A DNA stretch of 64,000 bases from positions 32,001 through 96,000 of the forward strand of contig CBDHDG010000006.1 in NCBI GenBank assembly GCA_965261595.1, in the 5' to 3' direction. Both the position numbers and the translations under genes were made by a program. Below the pieces are notes generated by a model. The model ran no database searches. It saw only the letters and a list, made by a program, of their open reading frames with translations, and was not told the DNA's origin. The stretch's first letter is position 1. Each line of letters starts with the position of its first letter. This DNA is from a bacterium (GTDB lineage Bacteria > UBA8248 > JACPRG01 > G963555815). This document shows positions 1 to 10,176 of the stretch, one piece after another.

Positions 1-188
1 ATGCTCATCCCTTCTACGTGGCAGGTGTGCCGAACCCGTGCGTACAGTTCCACTGAGTACATCCTCCAGCCTCCCTTCAGGTCGTATCCTGCAAACCTGA
101 AGGAAGACCAAAGAGCGGTCCACTTTTAGACCGCCGCGGCCAGAATATCCGACCGCCTCAGTGGGACAGTTTTACACCGCCGTTTACA
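1..188 (-). mobile_element. Left end of an IS21-family element (terminal IR, internal repeat, start of istA)
   Basis: The minus strand reads TGTAAACGGCGGTGTAAAACTGTCCCAC from 188, with a second imperfect repeat at ~115-137. GGAGG precedes an ATG at 62 giving MYSVELYARVRHTCHVEGMS, a typical IstA N-terminus that runs off the window. Confidence 0.8.
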
Positions 189-513
189 CCAAGTAGAGAA
201 TCTTGGCCGTGTACCGCAACCGCTTGACTCTCCTGCCGCCATCGAATTGCGAAAGCACTGGGTCGGGGCGACCACGTTCGGACAGGACAACGGACCGCTG
301 CTGGCCCCGGCGCCATCATCACCCCACGAGCGAACGGTTATCGACAGGGACTCGCCGAGATGCGCAGGAGTTTTAACGAATCCGCTTTCATTTTGATTAC
401 GGACTGCAGAAGGCAGGTTCCGAATGAGATTGGAAATCATATATATTCTCAATAATATCAATAGGATAATAGGATCTCACGGCTGGAAAGAACGGCTTTA
501 CGGATGAATCAAG

Positions 514-915
514 ATGCAAAACGTCGTGAAGAAGGTCCGAAAGCGCAACCAGGAGGCGGTGGTCTCGGGCGCACAAAGGATCTACGAGGCCCACAGCCGC
601 CGGGCGGCCATCGCCGCCTTTTGGCGATGGGCCAAGCAGTGGCGAGGGCGGGAGCCCAAGGCGGTGGCGTGCATCGAGAGCGACCTCGAGACGTTGTTGG
701 CCCACTTCCAAGAGCCCCCCGCCCTTCGGGTCACCCTGCGCACGATAAACCCCATTGAGCGGGTCTTTCGGGAGGTGAGACGAAGAACCAGACCCATGAC
801 CGTCATGAACAACAACGAGTCCCTGGAACGCGTCGCCTACAGCGTGTTCCACCGCATTAACACCTAGTGGGAGACAAACCCTCTCTGCACTTCTACACAA
901 AACTCGTGACATTAC
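514..915 (+). pseudogene. IS256-family transposase, C-terminal fragment and right end
   Basis: LRTINPIERVFREVRRRTR motif. In-frame TAG at 865-867 is followed by WETNPLCTSTQNS*. The end sequence TACACAAAACTCGTGACATTACC is IS256-like. The 5' part is missing. Confidence 0.75.
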
Positions 916-1068
916 CCAAGTCACAGCCAACCCCGGAGGCCGACCCGGCGGCGGCGAACGGGCCGCCTTTCCGGCGCGCCAATTGCCCCGGGTGAGGGGT
1001 TTTGCTACGATTATCGCGAACAATCAACGCACCATAGAGTACATGCGGCCAGGAAAGGGGCACGGGAG

Positions 1069-2259
1069 ATGAGCGGTTCCGTTCTGATCAAGAATATCGA
1101 GACCATCGTTTCAGGCGACCTGAACGCCCCGCTTCTCGACGGCGAGGCCATCCGGATTGAAGACGGCCGGATCGCCGCCATCGGCGGCGAGTCCGACTGC
1201 GCGGGCGACGTCGAGCAGACCATCGACGCGGGCGGCATGACCGCCGCGCCGGGACTCATCGACTCCCACGTCCACACCACCCAGGGCGACTTCACCCCCC
1301 GTCAGAACACCCTCGGCTGGATCGAGAGCTGCATGAACTGCGGGATCACCGCCATGATCTCCGCGGGCGAGGTCCACACCCCCGGACGTCCCCGCGACGG
1401 CCTGGGCGCCAGGGCCATGGCCATCCTGGCCGCCAAGTCCTTCAGGAACCTCCGCCCCGGCGGGGTCAAGGTCATGGCCGGGGCCGTCATGCTGGAGCCG
1501 GGGCTGAAGCCGTCGGATTTCGACGAGCTGGACGAGGCGGGCGTGGAGCTGGTGGGCGAGGTGGGGCTGGGCGCCATCCGTGACCCCGACGAGGTCCGCC
1601 CGCTTCTCGCCGCGGCCCGGGCCAAAGGCATGCGGGTCCTCTGCCACACGGGCGGCGGGTCGATTCCCGGAAGCATGGTGGTGGACGCCGATATGATTCT
1701 GGCCGTCGGCCCGGACGTGGCCTGTCACCTCAACGGCGGCCCCACGGGTCTCGCCATGGAGGACATCGAGCGGCTGATCAAGGAATCCGACGTCACCCTG
1801 GAGCTCGTCCAAACGGGAAACCAGAAGCGCGCCGTCGAAGCGACGGACCTCTTTCTGGCGGAAGACGTCCTGGACCGGGTCATCGTGGGGACGGACATGC
1901 CCTCGGGGACGGGCGTGATCCCCTACGGCGTCATGCGGTCGGTCGCCGTGATGACGGCCTTTTCGGACCTCTCCCCCGAGGCGGCCCTCTGCACGGCCAC
2001 CGGCAACACCGCGCGGGTCCACAAGATGGACGTGGGGTTTCTCAAGGTGGGCGCCCCCGCCGACATCGCGATCCTGGACGCCCCCTGGGGCTCCACCGGA
2101 AAGGACGCGCTGGCGGCCCTCAAAGCCGGGGACACCCCTTCCCTCGGGGCCGTTCTCATCGACGGGGCGCTCCGCATGTCGAAGAGCCGGACCTCGCCGC
2201 CCTGCACCCGAACCATCCATTTCGACGGCGGACACATCCCTGCGGGGGGCGGGCATTAA
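1069..2259 (+). CDS. Enamidase-like amidohydrolase
   Basis: PGLIDSHVH, GEVGLG, HTGGGSIPGS, HLNGGPT, GTDMPSGTG and KSRTSPP motifs match enamidase (Ena) of anaerobic nicotinate degradation along the whole length. Confidence 0.85.
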   Translation: MSGSVLIKNIETIVSGDLNAPLLDGEAIRIEDGRIAAIGGESDCAGDVEQTIDAGGMTAAPGLIDSHVHTTQGDFTPRQNTLGWIESCMNCGITAMISAGEVHTPGRPRDGLGARAMAILAAKSFRNLRPGGVKVMAGAVMLEPGLKPSDFDELDEAGVELVGEVGLGAIRDPDEVRPLLAAARAKGMRVLCHTGGGSIPGSMVVDADMILAVGPDVACHLNGGPTGLAMEDIERLIKESDVTLELVQTGNQKRAVEATDLFLAEDVLDRVIVGTDMPSGTGVIPYGVMRSVAVMTAFSDLSPEAALCTATGNTARVHKMDVGFLKVGAPADIAILDAPWGSTGKDALAALKAGDTPSLGAVLIDGALRMSKSRTSPPCTRTIHFDGGHIPAGGGH

Positions 2260-2336
2260 AACCCTTCGAAGTCCGGGCTTCCCCGAAGCGGGCTTCTCCG
2301 AAGTCACGGCCGCCCCGGCATCGCGCGCCGCCGACT

Positions 2337-4075
2337 GTGAATCACCATGAGCTTTTCCTTTCCCCCAAAGTGGTGATCGCCTACATCCTTGGCCGCCGGC
2401 TGATTCCGAAGACCGCCTTCGGCCGGGCTCACCGGGAATCCGGGCGCGGGGACCTCGGGCTTCTCCTTTCGACCTTCATCGCCCTCAGCCTGATCCTCAT
2501 CATCGCCCGCTCTCTGATTTTCGTGGCGCCGGCCGCCGTCCTGCTGTTCATCGGAGGGATCCGCCTCCTGGCCGGACAACCCCGCCGGCGCGTTCAGGCC
2601 GCCGCTGCGGGGCTGGCGGGAATCCTCACGGCATAGGTGATTTGGGGACTGATTGCGCTCCCCCACGTCCGCCTGGATTACTATTATTTTATCCGGAAGG
2701 CCCCGCTGCGGAAAATCACGCGGCCCGGCAAGCTCCCCCCCCCCCCCCTCACATCATCTTCATCGTGGTGGACACCCTTCGCTCGGACCATCTGAACGCC
2801 TACGGGTATTCCAAAGACACTTCACCCGTCATCTCCCGGCTGGCCCGGGAGGGGATTCGCTTCACGAGATTCCGCGCGAATTCCAACGAGACGTCACAGA
2901 CGGTGGCCTCCCTTTTGACCGGACGGCATCCCTCGGGGCACGGTCTCCTCCGCCTGGGAGACCCCCTGCCCGAGGGCGCCCCCCTGCTCACAGAAGTCCT
3001 CCAAAACCGGGGGTGCAACACGGCGTTCTTTACGCCCCACTGGTTTATCGATGGGCGCCCCAACTTCGAACGGGGCGCGGACTACCCCTACAGCGCATGG
3101 GAAGAGACGCCGTTCCGAATGGCGGGCGCCCAACAACTCTTCGTCTGGCTCAAGTTGACGGCGGCCTGGCCCGGCCTGAGCCATGCCCTTCAATGGCTGG
3201 ACATGAAGAAGAACGACCTCCTCTTGGCCGGCCTCGGGTTGCGAGCCATGGAATCCGCCGACCGGTTCACGGACAAGGTCCTGGGTTTCATGGATTACGC
3301 CACCGGCCGGAGGGATTACGACCCGGACCGGGACCGCTTCTTCCTGTTCCTTTTCTTCCACGACCTCCACTGGCCTCGGTGCCTCCCCAAGCCTTACCAT
3401 CGGATGTACGACCCCGAATACAACGGCCCGGAAATCTGTAGGAAGGAAGGCGCGCGCGATGTCCGGGAGGCCAAAAATGAAGTCGCCCGATACAACGGCG
3501 CGCTCCGGTTCGTGGACGGCCAGGTGGGCCGACTCCTCGACAAAATGAAATCCGTAGGCTGGCTCGATCAATCACTCGTCGTGATCACCTCGGACCACGG
3601 AGAGAAATTCGGCGCCGGCGGTGAGTTCGGCCACGGCGAAACGATGTGGGAGGATCTGGTCCGGATTCCTCTGATCCTCTGGTAGCCTTCCCGCTGGAAA
3701 AACGGCCAATCCGTCGGCGGCGTCGCCGAACAGGTGGACCTGATGCCGACCCTCCTCGATCTGCTGCGCATCCCTCGCCCCGCCGGGATTCAAGGACGAA
3801 GCCTGCTCACCGATCGGGGGTCCTTCCCCGCCGCGACGAACCGTTCAACCGCTTTCGGCGAGGCCGAAACGGAAACGGGCGGGTATCATTACCTCCTGCG
3901 CGACGGGTGGAAGCTTCTCCTCGGCCTCGGAAGACCGAAGCGGCTTTTCAACCTCAAAATGGATCCCGGTGAAAAGAAAAACCTATACGGCCGCCAGCCC
4001 CGAACCGGTGATATGGAGAAAGCCCTGAAGCAACGGATCCAGCGGGCGCGCCGGGCGGCCCCAAAGGGCCCTTGA
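2337..4075 (+). pseudogene. Membrane-anchored sulfatase-like hydrolase, interrupted
   Basis: Hydrophobic N-terminus, then IVVDTLRSDHL, SLLTGRHP, ITSDHGE, GHG and VDLMPTLLDLL. Interrupted by in-frame TAG at 2634-2636 and 3683-3685 and a frameshift in the poly-C run near 2735-2748. Confidence 0.75.
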
Positions 4076-4615
4076 TTCACCGGGCGCCATTGCCTGTCAT
4101 GCGGCGCGTTTCCAATCGGGGGTCAACCGGCCCGCGTGAAGAATTTGCCGCGCGACCCCTTTTCGGAAATCACGAGCGGCGCCGGAAATCTCTTCATTAC
4201 GGACCGGCCGGCCTGTCGAAATCCCGACGGATTTCCGACATCCCGCGATGAATTCACACCAAGCGTCCGCGAAATTCAATCAACGCCCGGCGGAAATCTT
4301 CTCCAAGGCGAACACCTAACCCATTATTTCAAAATGCCTTATGAGAATTCAGGAGATCTCCCTGGCCGATTTCCAGTGCTCTGGCACAGAAATTGAACCT
4401 ACCCACAAGTATATCAGTGTCCCATTTGATGAAAATTGCCGGTCCAAGTCCGGGAATCGTGATCGATCGAGCCGATCTTCTCCACGAAAAAATCGGCTTC
4501 GAGCGAGGTCCCGGCTTCACAATTCACCTGGCCGCGGGAGCGTTTTCTTCTACCGTTGGAAGGAAGTGCGAGCCGCCCATCCCGAATCAACGGGAGAGGG
4601 GGAGGGGGAGGGGAA

Positions 4616-5446
4616 ATGCGCACCGAGGACGGCACCGGCCATGCCGGTGACATCCTATTGCAAGGGCCGGCGCGGGGCGAATCCGCGAAAGGCCTCGCCC
4701 AGGCCCGCGAGAACGGCGGACCCCTTCCCCGGCGCGAACCCGGCCGGCACGAAGCCCTTCGCCCCCAGAATCTCGGCGAGATCTCGGGCCCTTTCTGCCA
4801 CAATTTGAACAACCTACTGAATCACATCATCGGATCTCTGAACCTCATGATGACCAAGGAAGAAGGCCCGCACGAATGGGTCGAAAGCCTGGGAGAGATC
4901 GAGAAGACCGCCCAGGAGGCGGCCGAGCTCAACGGCCAGCTCGCCTCTCTCGTCCACCGCGAGGAGGGAGATCGAAAAGAACCGGTTCATCTCGGCCATC
5001 TGCTTCTGGGAGTCATCCATTTGACCGGACAATTTCCGAGCCGAAGAACCAAGCTGAATTATCACATCGAGCCGGATCTTCCGCCGGTCTATGCGAATCC
5101 GGCCGTTCTGGAGCAAGCGATCCTGTCTCTTCTTTTGGCCGCGAATCGATACGATGGGGTGAAAAGTCTGGTGTTCGCCTCAGCCGATCGAATCGACGGA
5201 GCCCTCTCATCCGAGGCGAAGGTCCGCGTCTACATCTCCCGCACCCCGGTCCGCGGAAATCCCCAGGCGTCGCCGTCCCGAAACATGCCGGAGCCGACGC
5301 CGACACACCCGAGCCTGCCGATAGTCGAGTCCATCATCCGCTCGCTCGGGGGCGAGGCGTCTTTTTCGATCACCGCCGACGAAGGGTTGGAATTCGAGAT
5401 CATCCTTCCGGCCGCGTCCCGGGACCAACCCGCAGAGCGGAACTAG
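4616..5446 (+). CDS. Histidine-kinase-like protein with degenerate ATPase domain
   Basis: The H-box CHNLNNLL and terminal GGEASF..EGLEFEIILP are present. N, G1 and G2 boxes are not recognisable. Confidence 0.65.
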   Translation: MRTEDGTGHAGDILLQGPARGESAKGLAQARENGGPLPRREPGRHEALRPQNLGEISGPFCHNLNNLLNHIIGSLNLMMTKEEGPHEWVESLGEIEKTAQEAAELNGQLASLVHREEGDRKEPVHLGHLLLGVIHLTGQFPSRRTKLNYHIEPDLPPVYANPAVLEQAILSLLLAANRYDGVKSLVFASADRIDGALSSEAKVRVYISRTPVRGNPQASPSRNMPEPTPTHPSLPIVESIIRSLGGEASFSITADEGLEFEIILPAASRDQPAERN

Positions 5447-5451
5447 CGCCC

Positions 5452-5802
5452 ATGGAAGAACACAAACACATGCGCCCCACAGTCCTCATCGTCGACGATG
5501 AATCCACAACACGGAATCTGGTCTCCAAGTTTCTCAACCGGGAGGGGTACCGAACGCTGACGGCCAAGGACGGGCCGGAAGCCCTGGAACTCTACGCGCT
5601 GAAGCAATCCGAGATTGATGTGACGCTTCTGGACGCGATGATGCCGGGAATGGACGGCTTTGAAACCATGGTCGCCATCCGGGAAATCGATCCGGATGCG
5701 GAATTCATCCTCTCCAGCGGCTTCCCGAAAGAGGTCTTCGCCGAATCGAACCTGAGCGGCGCTTTGCTGAAAAGCGCCGCCGGGTCCGGTCAGCCTCTCT
5801 GA
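5452..5802 (+). CDS. Single-domain response regulator
   Basis: VLIVDDE, LLDAMMPGMDG, ILSSG; the C-terminus is short or atypical. Confidence 0.8.
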   Translation: MEEHKHMRPTVLIVDDESTTRNLVSKFLNREGYRTLTAKDGPEALELYALKQSEIDVTLLDAMMPGMDGFETMVAIREIDPDAEFILSSGFPKEVFAESNLSGALLKSAAGSGQPL

Positions 5803-6191
5803 ACCCATCCTCGGGGCGTCCATTCCACCCCGGATTCGCGGACGGCCGTCCCGGGACCCCGCCGCGCTTGAGAGAAACCGGACCCCTGGTGAAAACCAGA
5901 GCGCGGCTCTCCGCGGCCGGACTTGCTCGACGGATGACCGGAACGCGCCCGCGCCCTTTCCCAAATTCCTGAGAAATTCGGGCTGAAATCATGTAAGATA
6001 CGTGTAGAGAAGGATCTTCCCGAGGACGGCCTGCGGGTTCTCTCACCACGGCGATTCCGGACGCCCCCCTGCCGGAGATCCAACCCATCACTCTCTCTTC
6101 CGAGCACACCGGGAGATCGCGCCCTTCCGCGCGGCCGGAATCTTTTGACACCGCCCCGGCCCCGCTCGATGGAACGGCGGCGTTCGAATCG

Positions 6192-8708
6192 ATGCGGACC
6201 GGCGTCTCCCCTCCCCCTCCCCCCTCCTGCCCCCCGCGTCCGGCCTCGCGGTTCGAAGCTCAGATTGATCTGCCCATCACCGGAATGTCCAACCTCGCGC
6301 GCGCATCCAGGCTGGAGAAAAATCTCTCGGCCACTCCGGGCGTCTCCTACGCCGGCGTGAACATCGAGACCGAGCGCGCCACCGTCCACTATGACCCGCG
6401 ATGGGTAACGGTTCTCCAGCTTGTCCGATGCGTGGAGGAAAGCGGCGGCGGCGTTGCCGCCGTCCGAACGACCCTGGCCGTTCAGGGATTGTCGTGCGGC
6501 TCCCGCGTATCGGACATCGAGCGGGCGCTCCGGGACGTCCCGGGCGTCCTGTCGGCGAACGTCAACCCGGCAACGGGCAGGGCGACGGTGGAATCCCTGC
6601 CCGGTCTTTCCGGCGAATCCGACCTGCGGGCCGCCATCAAGTCGGCCGGGCACAGTGTGTTGGAGGCCCCCGAAACGGAGCTCGCCGACCGGGAGGAGGA
6701 GGCGCGCAATCGCGAGGCCCGCTCCCTGTCCGCCGGATCTATCCTCGCCGGGACGCTTTCAGTCTTCATTGTTCTGGGGAGCATGGAGGGGGTGTCGACC
6801 CTCGTGGGGCCATGGCTCCCGAGCGTCTACCTCCTCTGGCTCTTGGCGACCCCCGTCCAGTTTTACGCCGGCCGGACCTTCTACCGGGGGGCCTGGGCGG
6901 CCGCGCGGCGCTGGGGCGCGGACGGGAACACCCTCATCGCCCTCGGGATCTCGACCGTCTACTTCTACAGCGCGGCCGCGGTTCTCTTTCCGGATTTCCT
7001 GCGCGGGATCGGCGACGAGCCCCGTCCGCATTTCGACGCCGCGGCGATCATGACCACCCTCATCCTCCTCGGCCGGCGGATCGAGGCCGCGGCCCGGGGA
7101 AGGAGCCGGGCGGCCGCCAAAAATCTCCGGGCGCTTCGGCCGAAGACCGTCCGCATTTTCCATGATGGCCGCGAGTGGGACATCCCCGCCGACCAGGTCC
7201 GGATCGAAAGCCGGGTTCTGGTCGGCCCCGGGGAGCGGGTTCCCGCGGATGGGGTCATCGTGGCGGGAGGGTCGAGTCTCGACGAATCCGGCGCGGCGGG
7301 CGGACGTCCCCCCGTGAACAAGGGCGTCGGCGACAAGGTGTTCGCCGGCGCGTTGAACATGACGGACCGCTTCCTGTTCGAAGTCCGGGCGGCCGGCCCG
7401 GAAACCGCGCTGGCCCGAACCGTCAAGCGGTTGGAAAACGCGCAAGGGCGCCCCGCCCCCATCCAGACCGCGGCTGGCCGGCCGGCCGCGGTCTTCGTTC
7501 CGGCGGTGATCGGGACGGCTCTCATCGCATTCACCCTCTGGCTGCTTCTCGGGCCGGCGCCCGCGTTCCACTCGGCGCTGTTGAGCTTTGCGGCGGTCCT
7601 GATCGTCGCCTCCCCGTGCGCTTTGGCGTTTGCGGCGCCGTCCGCCGTCCAGGTGGGCACGGGGCGCGGAGCGGAGAGCGGCATCCTGATCCGGGGCGGA
7701 GAAGCGCTGGAGGCGGCCTCCGGGATTCAAACCGTCATTTTTGAAAAGACGGGCGTCCTGACCGAGGGCAAACCCGAAGTGACGGACCTGATCACCGCCC
7801 ACGGATTCTCGGCCGAAGAGGTCCTGCGTCTCGCGGGATCCGCGGAGCGGCCATCCGGGCATCCCCTGGGGATCGCGATCTTGGACAAGGCCCGGCAGAG
7901 CGGCGTGGCCCTTACGGCCGCGGAAGGTTTCTCCGCCGTTGCGGGCCGCGGCGTCCGCGCCGCCGTGGAAGGGCGATCCATCGTTCTGGGAAACGCCGAA
8001 TTGATGGAGGCCGAAGGGGTGGACATCTCCGGCCTGCGCAACGCCATCGAAGTCCAGACCGAGAAGGGAAAGACCCCTGTGCTCCTCGCCGTCGACGGGG
8101 TTTCGGCCGCCCTGCTGGCGGCGGCGGACCCCTTGAAGGAGAGCGCCCGCGAGACCATCGAGAGACTTCACCGGATGGGTCTCGAAACCGTTCTGCTCAC
8201 CGGGGGCCACCGCCGCTCCGCCCAAGTCATCGCCGAGGAAGCGGGCGTCGGGCGCGTCCTGGCGGAGGTCCCCCCAGAGGACAAGGCCCGGGAGATCCTG
8301 CGTCTGCAGGGGGAGGGGGAGGGAAAAAGGGCGGCCATCGTAAGCAACGGCTTCCGCGAAGCCCCGGCCTCGGCGGACCTCGGAATCTCCATCGGGACCG
8401 GACCGGACGGCGGAAGAGGGAGGGATGGGGGGGTCTCGGACATCACCCTGATCGGCCGGGACCCCATGGACGTGGTGAACGCGATCCGTCTCAGCCGCCG
8501 TACGCTGAGGACCGTCAAACAGAACCTGTTTTGGGCATTCGCCTACAACGCGACCGCCATCCCCCTCGCCGCCGGCGCACTGCACCCCCTTTTCGGGTCG
8601 GCCCCGAGTCCGGTGGCGGCTTCCCTCGCCCTGGCCGCCGGCTCGGCCTTCGTCCTCTGGAACAGCCTGCGGCTGCGGCGCTTCCGGCCCGTGGAATTCA
8701 AGCCGTAA
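6192..8708 (+). CDS. CopA-like P1B heavy-metal ATPase homologue with degenerate catalytic motifs
   Basis: Two HMA-like domains, TM segments, GERVPADG, KQNLFWAFAYN and NSLRL. It has EKTGVLT in place of DKTGTLT, and other motifs are altered. Confidence 0.85.
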   Translation: MRTGVSPPPPPSCPPRPASRFEAQIDLPITGMSNLARASRLEKNLSATPGVSYAGVNIETERATVHYDPRWVTVLQLVRCVEESGGGVAAVRTTLAVQGLSCGSRVSDIERALRDVPGVLSANVNPATGRATVESLPGLSGESDLRAAIKSAGHSVLEAPETELADREEEARNREARSLSAGSILAGTLSVFIVLGSMEGVSTLVGPWLPSVYLLWLLATPVQFYAGRTFYRGAWAAARRWGADGNTLIALGISTVYFYSAAAVLFPDFLRGIGDEPRPHFDAAAIMTTLILLGRRIEAAARGRSRAAAKNLRALRPKTVRIFHDGREWDIPADQVRIESRVLVGPGERVPADGVIVAGGSSLDESGAAGGRPPVNKGVGDKVFAGALNMTDRFLFEVRAAGPETALARTVKRLENAQGRPAPIQTAAGRPAAVFVPAVIGTALIAFTLWLLLGPAPAFHSALLSFAAVLIVASPCALAFAAPSAVQVGTGRGAESGILIRGGEALEAASGIQTVIFEKTGVLTEGKPEVTDLITAHGFSAEEVLRLAGSAERPSGHPLGIAILDKARQSGVALTAAEGFSAVAGRGVRAAVEGRSIVLGNAELMEAEGVDISGLRNAIEVQTEKGKTPVLLAVDGVSAALLAAADPLKESARETIERLHRMGLETVLLTGGHRRSAQVIAEEAGVGRVLAEVPPEDKAREILRLQGEGEGKRAAIVSNGFREAPASADLGISIGTGPDGGRGRDGGVSDITLIGRDPMDVVNAIRLSRRTLRTVKQNLFWAFAYNATAIPLAAGALHPLFGSAPSPVAASLALAAGSAFVLWNSLRLRRFRPVEFKP

Positions 8709-8814
8709 CCGCGGCCGGTTCTCTCCTCCCGCGCTCTTTTGGTAGGATAACGGCCGGAGCGCAGTCCCGTTCTTCCCCCGGCCGGGCCGGGGGATTCAAG
8801 AGGATAAGGAGCCG

Positions 8815-10176
8815 ATGGCGGACGACCTGAGGGGTTTTCTGGCGGAAATGGAAGCGGGGGAGGGAGCGGGGGGGGAGCTCATCCGGGTTCGGCGCGAGAT
8901 CTCCCGCGACTTCGAGATGGCGGCCCTCGTCTCCAAGCTCGAGGCCGAGCACCGCGTCCCCGTCCTGTGGTTCGAGAAAGTCCGCGGGGCGGACTTTCCG
9001 GTTGTCGTGAACTGCTTCGCCTCCCGATCGAGGATCGCGTCCAGCCTCGGCCTCCCCTCCGGCGCCCTGCTCGCCCGGTTTCAGGAAGCCCTGGACAGCC
9101 CCATCCCGCCGGCCGAGGTGTCTTCCGCGCCTGTCCAGGAGGTCGTGATCGAGGGGGATTCGGTGGACCTGAGCCGGCTGCCCCTCATGCGATACCACGA
9201 CACGGACGCCGCCCCATACGTGACGGCGGGGATTGTCATCGCGAAGGACCCCGACACGGGCGCGTACAACCTGAGCTTCAACCGGATGATGCTCAAGGAC
9301 CGGAACCGGCTGGGGATCTTCATGACGGTGGGTAAGCACCTGAACGAAATCTACAGCCGGGCGGAAGAGCGCGGCGAGGCCCTGCCCATCGCGGTCTCGC
9401 TGGGCAATCATCCCGCCTGGGCGCTCGGGGCGTGCATGATCGGCCCCTACCAGGTGGAGGAGCCGGGCGTCATCGGCGGCCTGATGAAGCGGCCCCTGGA
9501 GATGGTCCCGGCGCGCACCGTGGACCTTCTCGTCCCGGCCCGGGCGGAGATCGTCCTCGAGGGGGAGATCGAGCCTTTCACCCGGGAGATGGAGGGCTCG
9601 TTCGCCGAGTTTCATGGTTACGCCACCCCCCCCCGGGAGCGGCAGGTGGTCCGCGTCCGGGCCGTCACTCACCGCCGGGACGCCGTCTACCAGGACCTGG
9701 TCGGGGGCGCCCACCGCGAGCACCTCGTCCTGCCCACCGTCCCGATGGAAGCCAATCTGGATCGGGCCGTTCGAGGCGCCGTGCCGTCACTGAAGGCGCT
9801 TCGCATCGCGGCCCCCTTCTGCCTGGTGGCGTCCATCCGGAAAGGACACCCGGGCCAGCCCAAGACCGTGGCCCTGGCGGCCTTCGGGGCGGAGCTCTAC
9901 CTCAAGCAGGTCATCGTCGTGGACGACGACATCGACGTAAGCGACCTCTCGCGTGTCCTGTGGGCCATGGCCACGCGCTGCCAGTGGAGCCGCGATACGT
10001 TCGTCATTCCGGACGCCCCGGGCTCCTCCCTGGACCCGTCCGCCATCACCGAGGGCCTGGTCGACAAGGTCGGAATCGACGCGACCGCCAAGCCGACCCT
10101 GGAAAGCTTTTCCCCTCTAGGCAGGATCCCCGCGGAAGTTCTCTCCCGGATGAGGCTGGAAGTCTACCTGGACTAG
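8815..10176 (+). CDS. UbiD-family (prFMN) decarboxylase
   Basis: YNLSFNRM, AEIVLEG, EGSFAEFHGY, VIVVDDDID, WAMATR, SSLDPS, KVGIDAT. Confidence 0.9.
   Translation: MADDLRGFLAEMEAGEGAGGELIRVRREISRDFEMAALVSKLEAEHRVPVLWFEKVRGADFPVVVNCFASRSRIASSLGLPSGALLARFQEALDSPIPPAEVSSAPVQEVVIEGDSVDLSRLPLMRYHDTDAAPYVTAGIVIAKDPDTGAYNLSFNRMMLKDRNRLGIFMTVGKHLNEIYSRAEERGEALPIAVSLGNHPAWALGACMIGPYQVEEPGVIGGLMKRPLEMVPARTVDLLVPARAEIVLEGEIEPFTREMEGSFAEFHGYATPPRERQVVRVRAVTHRRDAVYQDLVGGAHREHLVLPTVPMEANLDRAVRGAVPSLKALRIAAPFCLVASIRKGHPGQPKTVALAAFGAELYLKQVIVVDDDIDVSDLSRVLWAMATRCQWSRDTFVIPDAPGSSLDPSAITEGLVDKVGIDATAKPTLESFSPLGRIPAEVLSRMRLEVYLD

Noticed and set aside
189..513. Further nested IS ends between the IS21 end and the IS256 fragment
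   Set aside because: The junctions look abrupt, but no partner IR or transposase motif could be assigned.
6759..8585. Long antisense ORFs (e.g. 608 aa here, 35866-37350, 39444-41075, 60066-61778)
   Set aside because: Shadow ORFs opposite well-supported genes, expected in high-GC DNA; no motifs.
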